This document shows positions 52,516 through 63,011 of a stretch of DNA of 64,000 nucleotides, piece after piece. Position 1 is the stretch's first letter. The number at the start of each line of letters is the position of its first letter. The stretch comes from an uncultured Phycisphaerales bacterium (GTDB taxonomy: Bacteria > Planctomycetota > Phycisphaerae > Tepidisphaerales > Tepidisphaeraceae): the NCBI GenBank assembly GCA_963844715.1, contig CAWJPJ010000007.1, positions 608,001 through 672,000 on the forward strand, in the 5' to 3' direction. Made by a program: the position numbers and the translations under genes. The notes beneath the pieces are model-generated. The model was not told the origin of the DNA. It worked only from the letters and a program-made list of their open reading frames with translations, and did not search any database.

Positions 52516-53586
52516 ATGGGAACCCCTTTCGTTCGCCCAACCGTGCGCGATATGGACGGCTACACCCCCGGCGAGCAGCCGGGGGCGGGGCAACGCGTCG
52601 TTAAGCTTAATACCAACGAAAATCCGTTCCCACCCAGCGATCGGGTCATGCAAACCCTTTCGCAGATCAGCGCCGAAAGCCTGCGGCGGTATCCCAATCC
52701 CACGGCCGACGCGTTTCGCGACGCGGCCGCCAAATTGCACGGTGTCACGCGCGATCACATCCTCGCCGGCAACGGCAGCGACGACATTCTCACCATCGCC
52801 ACGCGGTGCTTCGTCCCGCCTGGCGGAACGCTTGCGTATCCCGATCCGACGTATTCGCTGTATCCGGTTCTGGCCAAATTGCAGGAAGCCCGCTCGCTGG
52901 TCGTCCCCTGGGAGAAAGATTGGCAGTTGCCCATTGACTCACTGGCCGCCAGCCGCGCCGCGGCGATTTACCTGGCCAATCCCAATGCCCCCAGCGGCAC
53001 GTTTGTCTCGCCTTTAAAAGTTGCCGAGCTGGCCAAGAGTTTCTCGGGGCTGCTGCTCGTCGACGAAGCCTACGTCGATTTCGCCGATGACAATTGCCTG
53101 GCGCTCGTCGATCAATTTTCCAACGTCGTCATCACTCGAACATTAAGCAAGGCGTACTCCCTAGCGGGTCTGAGATTTGGCTACGCCATCGCCCAGCCGG
53201 CGGTGATTGCCGAGATGATGAAGGTGAAGGACAGCTACAACTGCGACGCCATCTCCATCCTCGCGGCCACCGCCGCTCTGGAAGACCAGGCTTACGCCCG
53301 CTGGACCTGGGAGAACATCAAGTCCGAGCGCGCCCGCGTCAGCAGCGAACTTTCCCAATTGGGGTGGACCGTCCTTCCCAGCCAGGCGAATTTCATTCTC
53401 GCCGCCGTTCCCAGCGGGCGGGGGAAGGAAATTTACCAGGGGCTCAAGCAGCAGGGGATATTGGTTCGATACTTCGATTTGCCGGGCTTGCAGGACAAGA
53501 TTCGCATCACCATCGGGCAAAGTCACGAAAACAACGCCCTGCTGGCGGGAATCAAGGTCCTCTCGGCCGCGGGCAAGGCCGCTTAA
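52516..53586 (+). CDS. hisC: histidinol-phosphate aminotransferase
   Basis: [34 protein letters not shown]. Confidence 0.95.
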   Translation: MGTPFVRPTVRDMDGYTPGEQPGAGQRVVKLNTNENPFPPSDRVMQTLSQISAESLRRYPNPTADAFRDAAAKLHGVTRDHILAGNGSDDILTIATRCFVPPGGTLAYPDPTYSLYPVLAKLQEARSLVVPWEKDWQLPIDSLAASRAAAIYLANPNAPSGTFVSPLKVAELAKSFSGLLLVDEAYVDFADDNCLALVDQFSNVVITRTLSKAYSLAGLRFGYAIAQPAVIAEMMKVKDSYNCDAISILAATAALEDQAYARWTWENIKSERARVSSELSQLGWTVLPSQANFILAAVPSGRGKEIYQGLKQQGILVRYFDLPGLQDKIRITIGQSHENNALLAGIKVLSAAGKAA

Positions 53587-53591
53587 TCATC

Positions 53592-54180
53592 ATGGATCGC
53601 GTCGCGGAAATTTTCAGGCAGACCAAGGAGACCAAGGTCAAGGTCTCCATCAATCTCGACGGCACGGGCAAAACCGAAATTGAAACCGGCGTCGGTTTCT
53701 TCGATCACATGCTCGAACTCTTTGGGCGGCACAGCCTCATTGACCTCGTCGCCCACGCCGAGGGCGATCTCCAGGTCGATTCGCACCACACCGTCGAAGA
53801 CGTCGGCATCGTCCTGGGCCAATGCCTCGAAAAAGCACTCGGCGATAAACGCGGCATCGCGCGATTCGGATGGGCCACCGTCCCCATGGACGAAACCCTC
53901 GCCAGCGCGGCGATCGATCTCTCTGGCCGGACCGCTTTCGTCTATCACGCCAAATATGGCGCAGGGGACGATCGGCCAATTCCCGGTCGAACTGGTCGAG
54001 GAATTCTTCAAAGCGCTGGCCGCCAGCGCGAAGCTGAATCTCCACATCAATGTTCCGTATGGAGCGAACAATCACCACATCGCCGAAGGAATTTTCAAGT
54101 CCACCGCCAAAGCCCTCCGGCAAGCCGTCGCCCCCGACCCGCGGCAAACCGACATTCCCAGCACCAAGGGAACTCTATAA
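53592..54180 (+). CDS. hisB: imidazoleglycerol-phosphate dehydratase (frameshift near 53962)
   Basis: RQTKET; FFDHML; HHTVED; NNHHIAE; PSTKG. Confidence 0.95.
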
Positions 54181-54259
54181 ACAAAAAAATCGCCGCACAA
54201 ACGCAACCGCTAATAATCATCCCCAATTAGCGGCCGCACGTGTGCGGCGATGATCTGAG

Positions 54260-54457
54260 TTATTGCAGCAGCGAATCCCACCGCTCGGGATCCTGCGTGC
54301 AAACCTCCGCCATGGAGGCGATCCGCAATCCGCATGCGGCGACACGAACCCTGCGTGGCTGGGCCGCCCGCAACGGCCAAGCCGACAAAATAAACTGAAC
54401 CTCCTCCTCACGCCGCGCGTGATCTGTCGGGAACTGGATCTGTTCTTTTCGCCGCAT
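54260..54457 (-). CDS. small hypothetical protein (65 aa)
   Basis: Purine-rich RBS; fills the hisB-hppA gap; ends DPERWDSLLQ. Confidence 0.45.
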   Translation of the reverse strand: MRRKEQIQFPTDHARREEEVQFILSAWPLRAAQPRRVRVAACGLRIASMAEVCTQDPERWDSLLQ

Positions 54458-54604
54458 ATTTATCTCTTCGGGATTTCAATTCGGATAATCGTGGGGGGCA
54501 AACAACAGAATCGCGATGGATTTGGGCGCGATAATGCTTGGCGGATGAGAATCCGGGAAAGATGAATCGCCGTCCGGGCCTTGTGAAGCGGGGAAACCCC
54601 GCCC

Positions 54605-57097
54605 CTACAACGCCGCCGTCGTTTCCAGCGGCGTTTTATCGGTCGCGGCATCCTGACTGCTGATCCGCATTCCGTAAAACGACCGGTAGACGAACGCCAG
54701 CGCCACCACGAAGAACACCGCCGACAGGAACAACCGAGTCGTGCTCGACAAGCTCGTCGCCATCTCCACGGCCAGAAGTCCGAACAGCGTCGTAAACTTG
54801 ATGATCGGATTCAGTGCTACGGACGAGGTATCCTTGAACGGATCGCCGACGGTGTCCCCGACGACCGTCGCGGCATGAAGCTCCGTCCCCTTCTGCCGAA
54901 GTTCCACTTCCACGATCTTCTTCGCGTTGTCCCATGCCCCGCCGGCGTTGGCCATGAAGATCGCCTGGAATAAACCAAACGTTGCCATCGAAATCAAATA
55001 TCCGATAAAGAAGTACGGCTCCAGGCACGCATAAGCCAGCGTGCTGAAGAACACGGTCAAAAAGATATTGATCATCCCCGCCTGGGCGTAGCGCGTGCAG
55101 ATTTCCACGACTTTCTTACTGTCCTCCATGCTCGCCTTGACTGCTCCCTCCAGCTTCATGTTGCGCTTGATGAACGCGACGGCCCGGAACGCGCCGGTCA
55201 CCACCGCCTGCATGCTCGCCCCGGTGAACCAGTAAATCTCCGCGCCTCCCATAATCAGCCCGATCAAAAACGGCGCGTACAGGATGGAGAGCTTGCTGAT
55301 CGCGCCCGCATCTGTCAGCCCATGGGTCAAAAGCATGATGATCGAAAAGATCAGGGTCGTCGCCCCGACCACGGCCGTACCGATCAGCACGGGCTTGGCC
55401 GTCGCCTTGAATGTGTTTCCTGCCCCGTCATTCTGCTCCAGCAAAAGCTTGGCGTGCTCAAAATCCACATCCACGCCGAGGTCCTGCCTCAATTGCCCCG
55501 CGATCCCCGGGATGTTCTCGATGAGACTCAACTCGTAAACGCTCTGCGCGTTATCCGTAACCGGCCCATAGCTATCCACGGCGATCGTTACCGGCCCCAT
55601 CCCCAGGAATCCAAACGCCACCAATCCAAACGCAAACACCGCCACGGCGCTTGCCGCCCCGGGGTTCAGCAGTGATGCGACGCCATGGGCGCCTCCCCAT
55701 TTGGTGACGGCATAAGCAATCGCCATCAGGCCGCCAATCACAATTCCACCCATCCAAAACGCGGAAAAATTCCCCGCTGTCAGTCCGCTGAGCACGTTCA
55801 ACGAAGCCCCGCCCTCGCGGCTGGCGTTCACGATCTCCCGCACATGCCGGCTGTTCGTGCTCGTGAAAACTTTGGTGAATTCCGGGATCAGCGCCCCAGC
55901 GGCCGTGCCGCATGTGATAATCGTCGACAGCTTCCACCAAATCCCCCCATCTCCCAAATCCCGGATCAAAATCCAGGAGAACAAATACGTGCTGGCGATC
56001 GAAAGCAAGCTCGTGATGTAAACCAGATTGGTGAGCGGCCTTTCAAAATCCATCTCCCGCGCTTCGCTATAAAGCGCCTTTGCGATGACTGCATTCACGA
56101 GATAAGCCGCGCCGCTGGTCAGCACCATGACCAGGCGCATGGCAAAGATCCAGACCAGCAGTTCGCTCTGAATCGCCGCCGGGCACGCCAGCAGGATGTA
56201 GGTAATCAGCGCGACGCCAGTCACGCCATACGTTTCAAACCCATCCGCCGTCGGTCCGACGCTGTCTCCGGCGTTATCTCCCGTGCAATCAGCGATCACG
56301 CCCGGATTCCGCGCATCGTCTTCCTTGACGTTGAAGACGATCTTCATCAAATCCGCCCCGATGTCCGCGATTTTGGTGAAAATCCCGCCCGCCACGCGGA
56401 GCGCCGCCGCTCCCAGCGACTCGCCCACGGCAAACCCGATGAAGCACGGCCCGGCGTAGCTCGCCGGCACGAATAGCAGGATGAAGAGCATGATGATCAG
56501 TTCCAAACTGATCAGAACCATCCCCACACTCATCCCCGCCTGAAGCGGAATCGCGTAAATCTGAAACGGCTTGCCCGAAAGTGACGCATAAGCCGTCCGG
56601 CTGTTGGCGAACGTGTTGATCCGCATCCCGAACCACGCCACCGATGTGCTCCCGGCAATTCCGATCAGGCTGAAGAGCAATATCACGATGACCTTCAGCG
56701 CTTCCAGGTGTGAAAGGAGGCCGAAGTACACGATCAGGATCGCCCCGATGAAAAGCTCGAGGAACAGGATGAATTTCAACTGCGTGAGCAAATAGGTTTT
56801 GCACGTGGCATAAATCATCTCGGAGACCTCGCGCATCGACGGATGCACGGGGAGGCCCTGCAGTTTCTTATAGATGTAAAGCCCGAAAATCAGTCCGAGG
56901 GCGCAAATTCCCATCCCGTCCAGCAGCAGGGTTCTTCCGCCCAGGGAGCCGTTGAAGAATTTGGCGCTGTTCAAGTCCGGTATGCGCAGCCCGATTTCGC
57001 TCGCCGCCGCCGGGCGCGCCGAAAACATCAGAAACAATAAGAACGCCGCGACCAGCGCCACTGCCGGCCGTCGTTGCCACTTCGACGGGAGTATCAT
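54605..57097 (-). CDS. hppA: membrane cation-translocating pyrophosphatase
   Basis: GGIFTKIADIGADLMK; EDDARNPGVIADCTGDNAGD; GNTFKATAK; GDPFKDT. Confidence 0.96.
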   Translation of the reverse strand: MILPSKWQRRPAVALVAAFLLFLMFSARPAAASEIGLRIPDLNSAKFFNGSLGGRTLLLDGMGICALGLIFGLYIYKKLQGLPVHPSMREVSEMIYATCKTYLLTQLKFILFLELFIGAILIVYFGLLSHLEALKVIVILLFSLIGIAGSTSVAWFGMRINTFANSRTAYASLSGKPFQIYAIPLQAGMSVGMVLISLELIIMLFILLFVPASYAGPCFIGFAVGESLGAAALRVAGGIFTKIADIGADLMKIVFNVKEDDARNPGVIADCTGDNAGDSVGPTADGFETYGVTGVALITYILLACPAAIQSELLVWIFAMRLVMVLTSGAAYLVNAVIAKALYSEAREMDFERPLTNLVYITSLLSIASTYLFSWILIRDLGDGGIWWKLSTIITCGTAAGALIPEFTKVFTSTNSRHVREIVNASREGGASLNVLSGLTAGNFSAFWMGGIVIGGLMAIAYAVTKWGGAHGVASLLNPGAASAVAVFAFGLVAFGFLGMGPVTIAVDSYGPVTDNAQSVYELSLIENIPGIAGQLRQDLGVDVDFEHAKLLLEQNDGAGNTFKATAKPVLIGTAVVGATTLIFSIIMLLTHGLTDAGAISKLSILYAPFLIGLIMGGAEIYWFTGASMQAVVTGAFRAVAFIKRNMKLEGAVKASMEDSKKVVEICTRYAQAGMINIFLTVFFSTLAYACLEPYFFIGYLISMATFGLFQAIFMANAGGAWDNAKKIVEVELRQKGTELHAATVVGDTVGDPFKDTSSVALNPIIKFTTLFGLLAVEMATSLSSTTRLFLSAVFFVVALAFVYRSFYGMRISSQDAATDKTPLETTAAL

Positions 57098-57157
57098 GGA
57101 GACCTCGCTCGGTTAGGATTTCCGCCTCGTTTATTCCGCCACAACTGCGCGACGATT

Positions 57158-58527
57158 CTAACTGCCGATCGTCGAATCGATAACCCCTCGTACCGCCGCG
57201 ATCGTTTTGTCCGCCTCGGCTCGATCCGGCGCCTCCGCGATCACCCGCATGATCGGCTCCGTATTGCTCGGCCGGGCGTGCACCCACGCGTTCGGCCAAT
57301 CAATCCGAATTCCGTCCTGCGTATCCACCCGTTCCTCCGCAAAATGCTTCTTCAACGCCTCTACCCGCGCTGGGCAACCTCGCGTCGGCAAGGGAATTTT
57401 GTCTTGACGATTTCATACCGGGGAATCTGATTCACGATTTGGCTGATTGTCAGCCCGCTGGAAGCCATGAGCTGAAGGACATAGGCCATCCCCACCAGGC
57501 TGTCCCGCCCATTGACGATCCGCGGATCGATCACGCCGCCGTTTCCCTCGCCCCCAATCACCGCGTCGTTGGCCAATATCGCCTGCACGACATTCGCCTC
57601 GCCGACCGGCGTGCGAATCACCTTCCCGCCATATTCAGCCGCCACATCGTCCAGCATCCGGCTCGACGACAAATTCGTCACCGCCGCCCCCGGCCGCCTG
57701 CTCAATATCCACTTGGCGCAAAGCACCAGTGAATACTCTTCACCAATGTATCTCCCATTCTCATCGACGATCGCCAGCCGATCCCCATCCGGATCCTGCG
57801 CGAATCCCACCGCCGCATGCTGCCGACGGACCTCATCCGCAAGTCCAACCAGATTCTTTTCCGTCGGCTCCGGCTCGTGTGCAAATTGCCCGTCCGGCAC
57901 GCCATGCAGATGCACGACCTGGCACCCCAATTTGCTCAGCAACGTCGCCGTCGCCACGCACCCCGCCCCGTTCACGCTATCGAGCACCACTTTGTATCGC
58001 CGCGAGGAAATTCCAAGCACATCCACGTGATCCAGGACTCGCTTGATGTGAAGCGCGTGCGTTTCCGTATTTTTTCGCGCCGGGATCAGATTTTCCACCC
58101 GTACCCAATCCGCCTGCTCGGCGTGGTACAGCCGCGCGATCGCCTCGGCGTCCGCCGGCGGGGGGGCGATCCCCTGCTCATTCAAAAATTTCAGCCCATT
58201 CCACTCGATCGGATTGTGCGAAGCGGTCGCCACGACCGCCGCGTCCGCCCCAAGGTGCTTCACCATCATCGCCGCGCCCGGTGTCGTGACGATCTCGACG
58301 TCTATCACTTCAATTCCGCTTGCCACCAGCGCCCCCACCGCCGCGTCCCTCACCCAGGGCCCGCTCGGGCGGCTGTCCCGCGCGAAGATCACCTTCAATC
58401 TCTTGCCCGGCCATTTCCGCTTCAGATATGCCGCAAACGCCCCCGACATCCGCGATACAACGGCCGGTGTAAGCAACCCGCCAATGGTCCCCCGCATCCC
58501 TGATATTCCGATCATCAACGCTTCCAT
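57158..58527 (-). CDS. phosphohexomutase (GlmM/PMM family; frameshift near 57370)
   Basis: TASHNP; DPDGDR; GGEGNGG; RPSNTEP. Confidence 0.92.
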
Positions 58528-58600
58528 ACGCCGCCGCATTATTGATTTGCCGCCACTCTAGGCAAGGGATATGCTCCTCTATATTAAGCCAACGGATAGC

Positions 58601-58623
58601 GTGCCCTGAGTTCGTCGAAGGGG
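58601..58623. repeat. REP-like short palindrome
   Basis: gccctgagttcgtcgaagggg in the intergenic region. Confidence 0.45.
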
Positions 58624-58652
58624 CCATCCGTTGGCTTTTTGCCGCACTTTGT

Positions 58653-59616
58653 ATGGATCGCGAAGAACTCAACAAACATCTGCCGCAGGTGGTGAACGCC
58701 CTGGTCGAGAGCATCCAGGCCGAGCCCAGAATGCGCCATCTCAACCGCGTTCATCTCCCCAGCCGCGACGCGATCGTTCAGGCCATCGGGCTACTGCGGC
58801 AAATTATTTATCCCGGCTATTTCGGCGCGAGCAAATTAACCGGCGAAAACATGAAGGCGCGAATGGGAGGCCTGGTCGTTGAATTGGCGGATATTCTCTA
58901 CGACCAGGTCCGCTGCTGCCTGCGTTACAAGGAGCAAATTCCCAATTCGAAAGACAGCGGCGACGAATGCGCGCGATGCGACCAGGAAGCGGCGCGCATC
59001 GTGACGGAATTTTTCGATCGCCTGCCGGCGGTTCGCGAACTTCTCGGCGCCGACGTCCAGGCGGCATTTGACGGCGATCCCGCGGCGCAAAGCACGGATG
59101 AAACGGTTTTCAGCTACCCCGGCCTCTTTGCGATCAGCGTTCAGCGCATCGCCCACGAGTTCTACAAACTCGGCGTTCCGCTGCTTCCGCGCATTATGAC
59201 CGAATACGCGCACAGCCTGACCGGCATCGATATCAACCCTGGCGCAAAGCTCGGCCGAAGTTTGTTCATCGATCACGGAACCGGCGTCGTCATCGGCGAA
59301 ACCACGGAAATCGGCGATAACGTCAAGATTTACCAAGGCGTCACGCTTGGCGCTCTGGCCCCCGCATTTGGCCAGCTTCTCCGCGGTCACAAGCGACATC
59401 CCACCATTGGGAATAACGTCACCATCTACGCCGGGGCCACGATTCTGGGCGGGGAAACCGTCATTGGTGAAGGGTGCACCATCGGCGGAAACGTCTTCAT
59501 CACCTCCAGCGTCCCGCCCCACAATCAGGTGAGCGCCGAGCCGCCCAAGCTCAAATACCGCGACCGGGGGGCGCAGCGAGAAGGGCGGGGAGATCGTTCT
59601 CGACTTCCAGATCTGA
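58653..59616 (+). CDS. cysE: serine O-acetyltransferase (C-terminal frameshift near 59570)
   Basis: [33 protein letters not shown]; corrected end EIVLDFQI. Confidence 0.92.
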
Positions 59617-59838
59617 GCGTTGGTACAACGTCCCAGAATGTCCCGAAGTGTCCCAGATTGGCGTTTCCCGGCATTTCCAAAGCGACGATGTGCGACCCCG
59701 GCAACGCTCCATGTGGTTCCCAGGCAACAAACCCTTTGGACGGCCCGGGCATGGTTTGGCTGATCCACCCGGAAACCCTCAAATCCACGCTATCCCGGGG
59801 CTTGGGAATCGTGGCACCGGGTTTGTTCTAACCAGGTC

Positions 59839-60168
59839 ATGCGGTACTTCAGCATCATTCTCCTGACGTTGTCGTGTGTCGGATGTGCGGCCCACCAGCC
59901 GGCTGTCTCGTCTGATCAACAGTTGCAGCAGCGGGCTTACGCCCCCAGCAGCGCCGCGGCTCTGGCGTTTGACCCGCCAGTGCTCGCCGGAACGCCCAGG
60001 ATGGATTTGTCCCGCGATGGCCGGGATACGGCTGCCTTTGCCGGATATCAGGACAGCAACACGGTGATCTCCGACCTGCACCTGGATGACCTCCAGACCG
60101 GCGATCCTTCGAGCGACCGCTATCAACGGGAAGCCACGAGCGACACCATCACCACAAATTACCGCTAA
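59839..60168 (+). CDS. small lipoprotein
   Basis: Signal peptide with lipobox-like CVGC; sigma54-like motif at 59812-59827. Confidence 0.7.
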   Translation: MRYFSIILLTLSCVGCAAHQPAVSSDQQLQQRAYAPSSAAALAFDPPVLAGTPRMDLSRDGRDTAAFAGYQDSNTVISDLHLDDLQTGDPSSDRYQREATSDTITTNYR

Positions 60169-60315
60169 ATTCCCCGGAGCGTCCGATAATGCAGGCCCCT
60201 CCCAGTCCTAAGGGGGGGTGTCTGCCTATTCAATTCTTCTTGCAATCTAACCAACGCCAAGCGATATTATTTTAAGTCTGTTTCCCGTCGCATGTTAAAC
60301 CCATTCGAGGGAGCT

Positions 60316-60665
60316 ATGGCCACTATCACGAAGAAGGAACTGATTGATCGAATCGCCGATCACGCTTCCCAACGCCGGGTTCAGGTAAAGCGGGTCGTTC
60401 AGCAGTTTCTCGACGAGATCGTGAACGAGTTGGGCAAAGGCAACCGGTTGGAATTTCGAGACTTCGGTGTTTTTGAGACGAAGCTCCGCAAGGCGGCAAA
60501 GCTCAAAATCCCAAAACCTTGGAACCCGTCGAGGTGCCGGAAAAGCGAACGGTGAAGTTTAAGGTCGGCCGGCTGATGAAACAGAAGCTGGCGGCGCTCA
60601 GCGGCGGTCATTTCGACGACGAAGTCGCCGATATGGCCGAAACGGACGAAGACGCCGACGAGTAA
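60316..60665 (+). CDS. HU/IHF DNA-binding protein (frameshift near 60495)
   Basis: TKKELIDRIA; LEFRDFGVF; NPKTLEPVEVPEKRTVKFKVG. Confidence 0.93.
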
Positions 60666-60709
60666 GTCGAGTCTCCCGCCGTAGAAAGAGCGTTTCGCCT
60701 CGCCGTCGC

Positions 60710-61900
60710 ATGCCGCATCCCTTCCACGTACGTCTTGCGCAGGAATTGTCTCGCCGTGCCGAGGCGGGCCTGCTTCGATCCCGACGAATCGTCAAACCTC
60801 TCGACGCCGTGCACGTTGAAATCGACGGCGACCGATACGTTAATTTCTGCTCGAACAATTATCTCGGGCTCACCCACCATCCCGCGGTTATCGAAGCGAT
60901 GCGCCGCGCGGCTTACGACTTCGGCGCCGGCGCGGGCGCCGCGGGACTCATCAGCGGCTACATGCCCGCGCACGAGTCGGCGGAGAGCGCGATCGCGGCG
61001 TGGAAAAATGTAGAAGCCGCGATTCTCTTCCCCAGCGGATATCAGGCCAATCATGCGGCCATTCAAACTCTCGCCGCTCTGGGAAACGCCGGCGCGGGCG
61101 GCATCCGATTTCTCGTCGACAAACTCGCTCATGCGTCCCTGATCGACGCGGTGCAAGGCTCCGGCTGTCCGTGGCGGGTGGTCCCCCACGGCGGACTGGC
61201 CAAACTCCGTCGCCTGCTCGGCGAAGCGCCGGCGGACCAGCTTCAGGTTGTCGTGAGCGAATCGATATTCAGCATGGACGGCGACGCCGCCGATCTGCGC
61301 CGGCTCGTTCAATTCAAGCAGGATTTCCCATTTATCTTGCTGCTCGACGAAGCGCACGCCAGCGGGGTCTACGGCGCCGATGGCGCGGGTCTGGCCGCGG
61401 AATTGGGCGTACAATCGGACGTGGATCTCTCCATCGTCACTTTCTCAAAATCCGCCGGATCGGCCGGCGGGGCGATCTGTTCGTCCAAACAAATTCGTGA
61501 CGCCATTCTGAATTTCGGCCGCGCTTATATCTATTCGACAAGCGTTCCGCCCGGCGTCGCCGCGGCGATCCAAGCGTCGGTCTCCATCATGCGCGCCGAG
61601 CCGCAGCGGCAGCAGCGCGTGCGCGATCTGGCAAAAAAAGTGCGGTCGGGATTGCTTGGCGCGGGTTGGAAGCTTCCGCCGGGCGATTCGCCGATTATTC
61701 CGCTGATCGTCAACGAGGAGTCCCGCGCGCTGGCGATGTCGGCGCGGCTGGCGGAAAAGAAATTGCTTGTGCAAGCGGTGCGTCCCCCGACCGTTCCGCG
61801 CGGAACCAGCCGGCTGCGCGTCACGCTCTCTTGCGAACATTCGGATTCTGAAGTGGATGGATTGCTTGAGGAATTGGCGAATCAAGCGGGCGGGATCTGA
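60710..61900 (+). CDS. bioF: 8-amino-7-oxononanoate synthase
   Basis: FCSNNYLGL; SGYQAN; HASLID; FSMDGD; DEAH; VRPPTVP. Confidence 0.93.
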   Translation: MPHPFHVRLAQELSRRAEAGLLRSRRIVKPLDAVHVEIDGDRYVNFCSNNYLGLTHHPAVIEAMRRAAYDFGAGAGAAGLISGYMPAHESAESAIAAWKNVEAAILFPSGYQANHAAIQTLAALGNAGAGGIRFLVDKLAHASLIDAVQGSGCPWRVVPHGGLAKLRRLLGEAPADQLQVVVSESIFSMDGDAADLRRLVQFKQDFPFILLLDEAHASGVYGADGAGLAAELGVQSDVDLSIVTFSKSAGSAGGAICSSKQIRDAILNFGRAYIYSTSVPPGVAAAIQASVSIMRAEPQRQQRVRDLAKKVRSGLLGAGWKLPPGDSPIIPLIVNEESRALAMSARLAEKKLLVQAVRPPTVPRGTSRLRVTLSCEHSDSEVDGLLEELANQAGGI

Positions 61901-62163
61901 TCTCTTTGCGCAACATTTTGAAGCGGCGCAGCCCCCAAAGCGGCGAGGGCTTTGTCGACTCGCCGCAGTGTCTTGGCGGCGAGATCGGCGGGCGGATCGA
62001 TCGCCGGCATCTGCTGGAGCAGGTTCAAAATCTTTTCCGCCGATCGCATCTTTTTCGCCGAAACGGGCGCCGATGCCGGTGGGTGTTCGCTCGAATTGGA
62101 ATGAGGACGATCCAAGAGTAAATCCACTGCTCGGCGATCTTCATCGCGCAATTGCACGGCCAT
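61882..62163 (-). CDS. small soluble protein, possible anti-sigma factor
   Basis: Downstream of an ECF gene; LLQQMPAIDPPADLAAKTLRRV anti-sigma-like segment. Confidence 0.5.
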   Translation of the reverse strand: MAVQLRDEDRRAVDLLLDRPHSNSSEHPPASAPVSAKKMRSAEKILNLLQQMPAIDPPADLAAKTLRRVDKALAALGAAPLQNVAQRDQIPPA

Positions 62164-62304
62164 AAGCGGTCCGTAGTTGGAAGGCAGGCAACACTCGCGT
62201 CGCCAAACCTTTGCTATAACATTCGGACCCGGCAATACATGTGGTAATCGGCCGGTCCTTTTGCCGCCCGCAGGATGTGCTGGCGAGCGGCTGTCTCCCA
62301 TTGC

Positions 62305-62966
62305 TTACGATGAACCGTCGCCACGGTTCGATTTTTTCCATTCGTCTGCAAAATACGCCACCGCAGTATGCAAACGGGACTTCACCGTCCCCAGCGGAAT
62401 GCCGAGCATTTGCCCAATCTGTTTGTAAGGGAACTGATGAAAATAGGACAAAAGTAAAATTTCCCGCAGATTATCGGGCATTTCGCTGACGATCCGCTGA
62501 ACTTGCTGTTGCAGTTCCTTGGCCTGCATCGGCTCGTCCGGCAGGCCCTGGCGCTCTGGATCAGATCGATGAATTCCCCACTCTCGGCGTCGTCGGGATG
62601 AATCGTGGCCTGAAGCGCGTTCGACGGTCGCCGCGCCTGGGAACGGATCAAATCCCGGGCCTTATTCGCCGCGATGGTAAACAGCCAGGGTCGAAACCGC
62701 CGCTGCGGATCAAACTGGCTTGCACTCTGGTGAACCTGAAGGAACGTCTCCTGGAAGATGTCTTCGGCCGTCGAGCGGTCTCCCAGGAATCGAACCAGGA
62801 AGTGGAATAGCTCGCGCTGATACCGCTCCAGCAGCTTCTGGAAGCCGGCGCGATCGCCCCGGCGATAGGCGGCGAACAGCTCTTCATCGCTCAATTCACC
62901 GGGCGGATGGGGAACGTCCACCCGCACAGGCTGACCAGGTTGATGCTTTCTGATCGAGAGAGGCAT
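62305..62966 (-). CDS. ECF sigma factor (frameshift near 62545)
   Basis: SDEELF; AEDIFQETF; FRPWLFTIAAN; LGIPLGTVKSRLH. Confidence 0.92.
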
Positions 62967-63011
62967 GTATGCTGTCACCTTCCTCTACTACAAGATAATA
63001 TGCAAACGCCT

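Noticed and set aside
59617..59831. C-terminal extension of CysE in the ORF track (likewise Hsp20 to 9788 and HisF to 46463)
   Set aside because: Frameshift read-through; the corrected frames stop at 59616, 9613 and 46104
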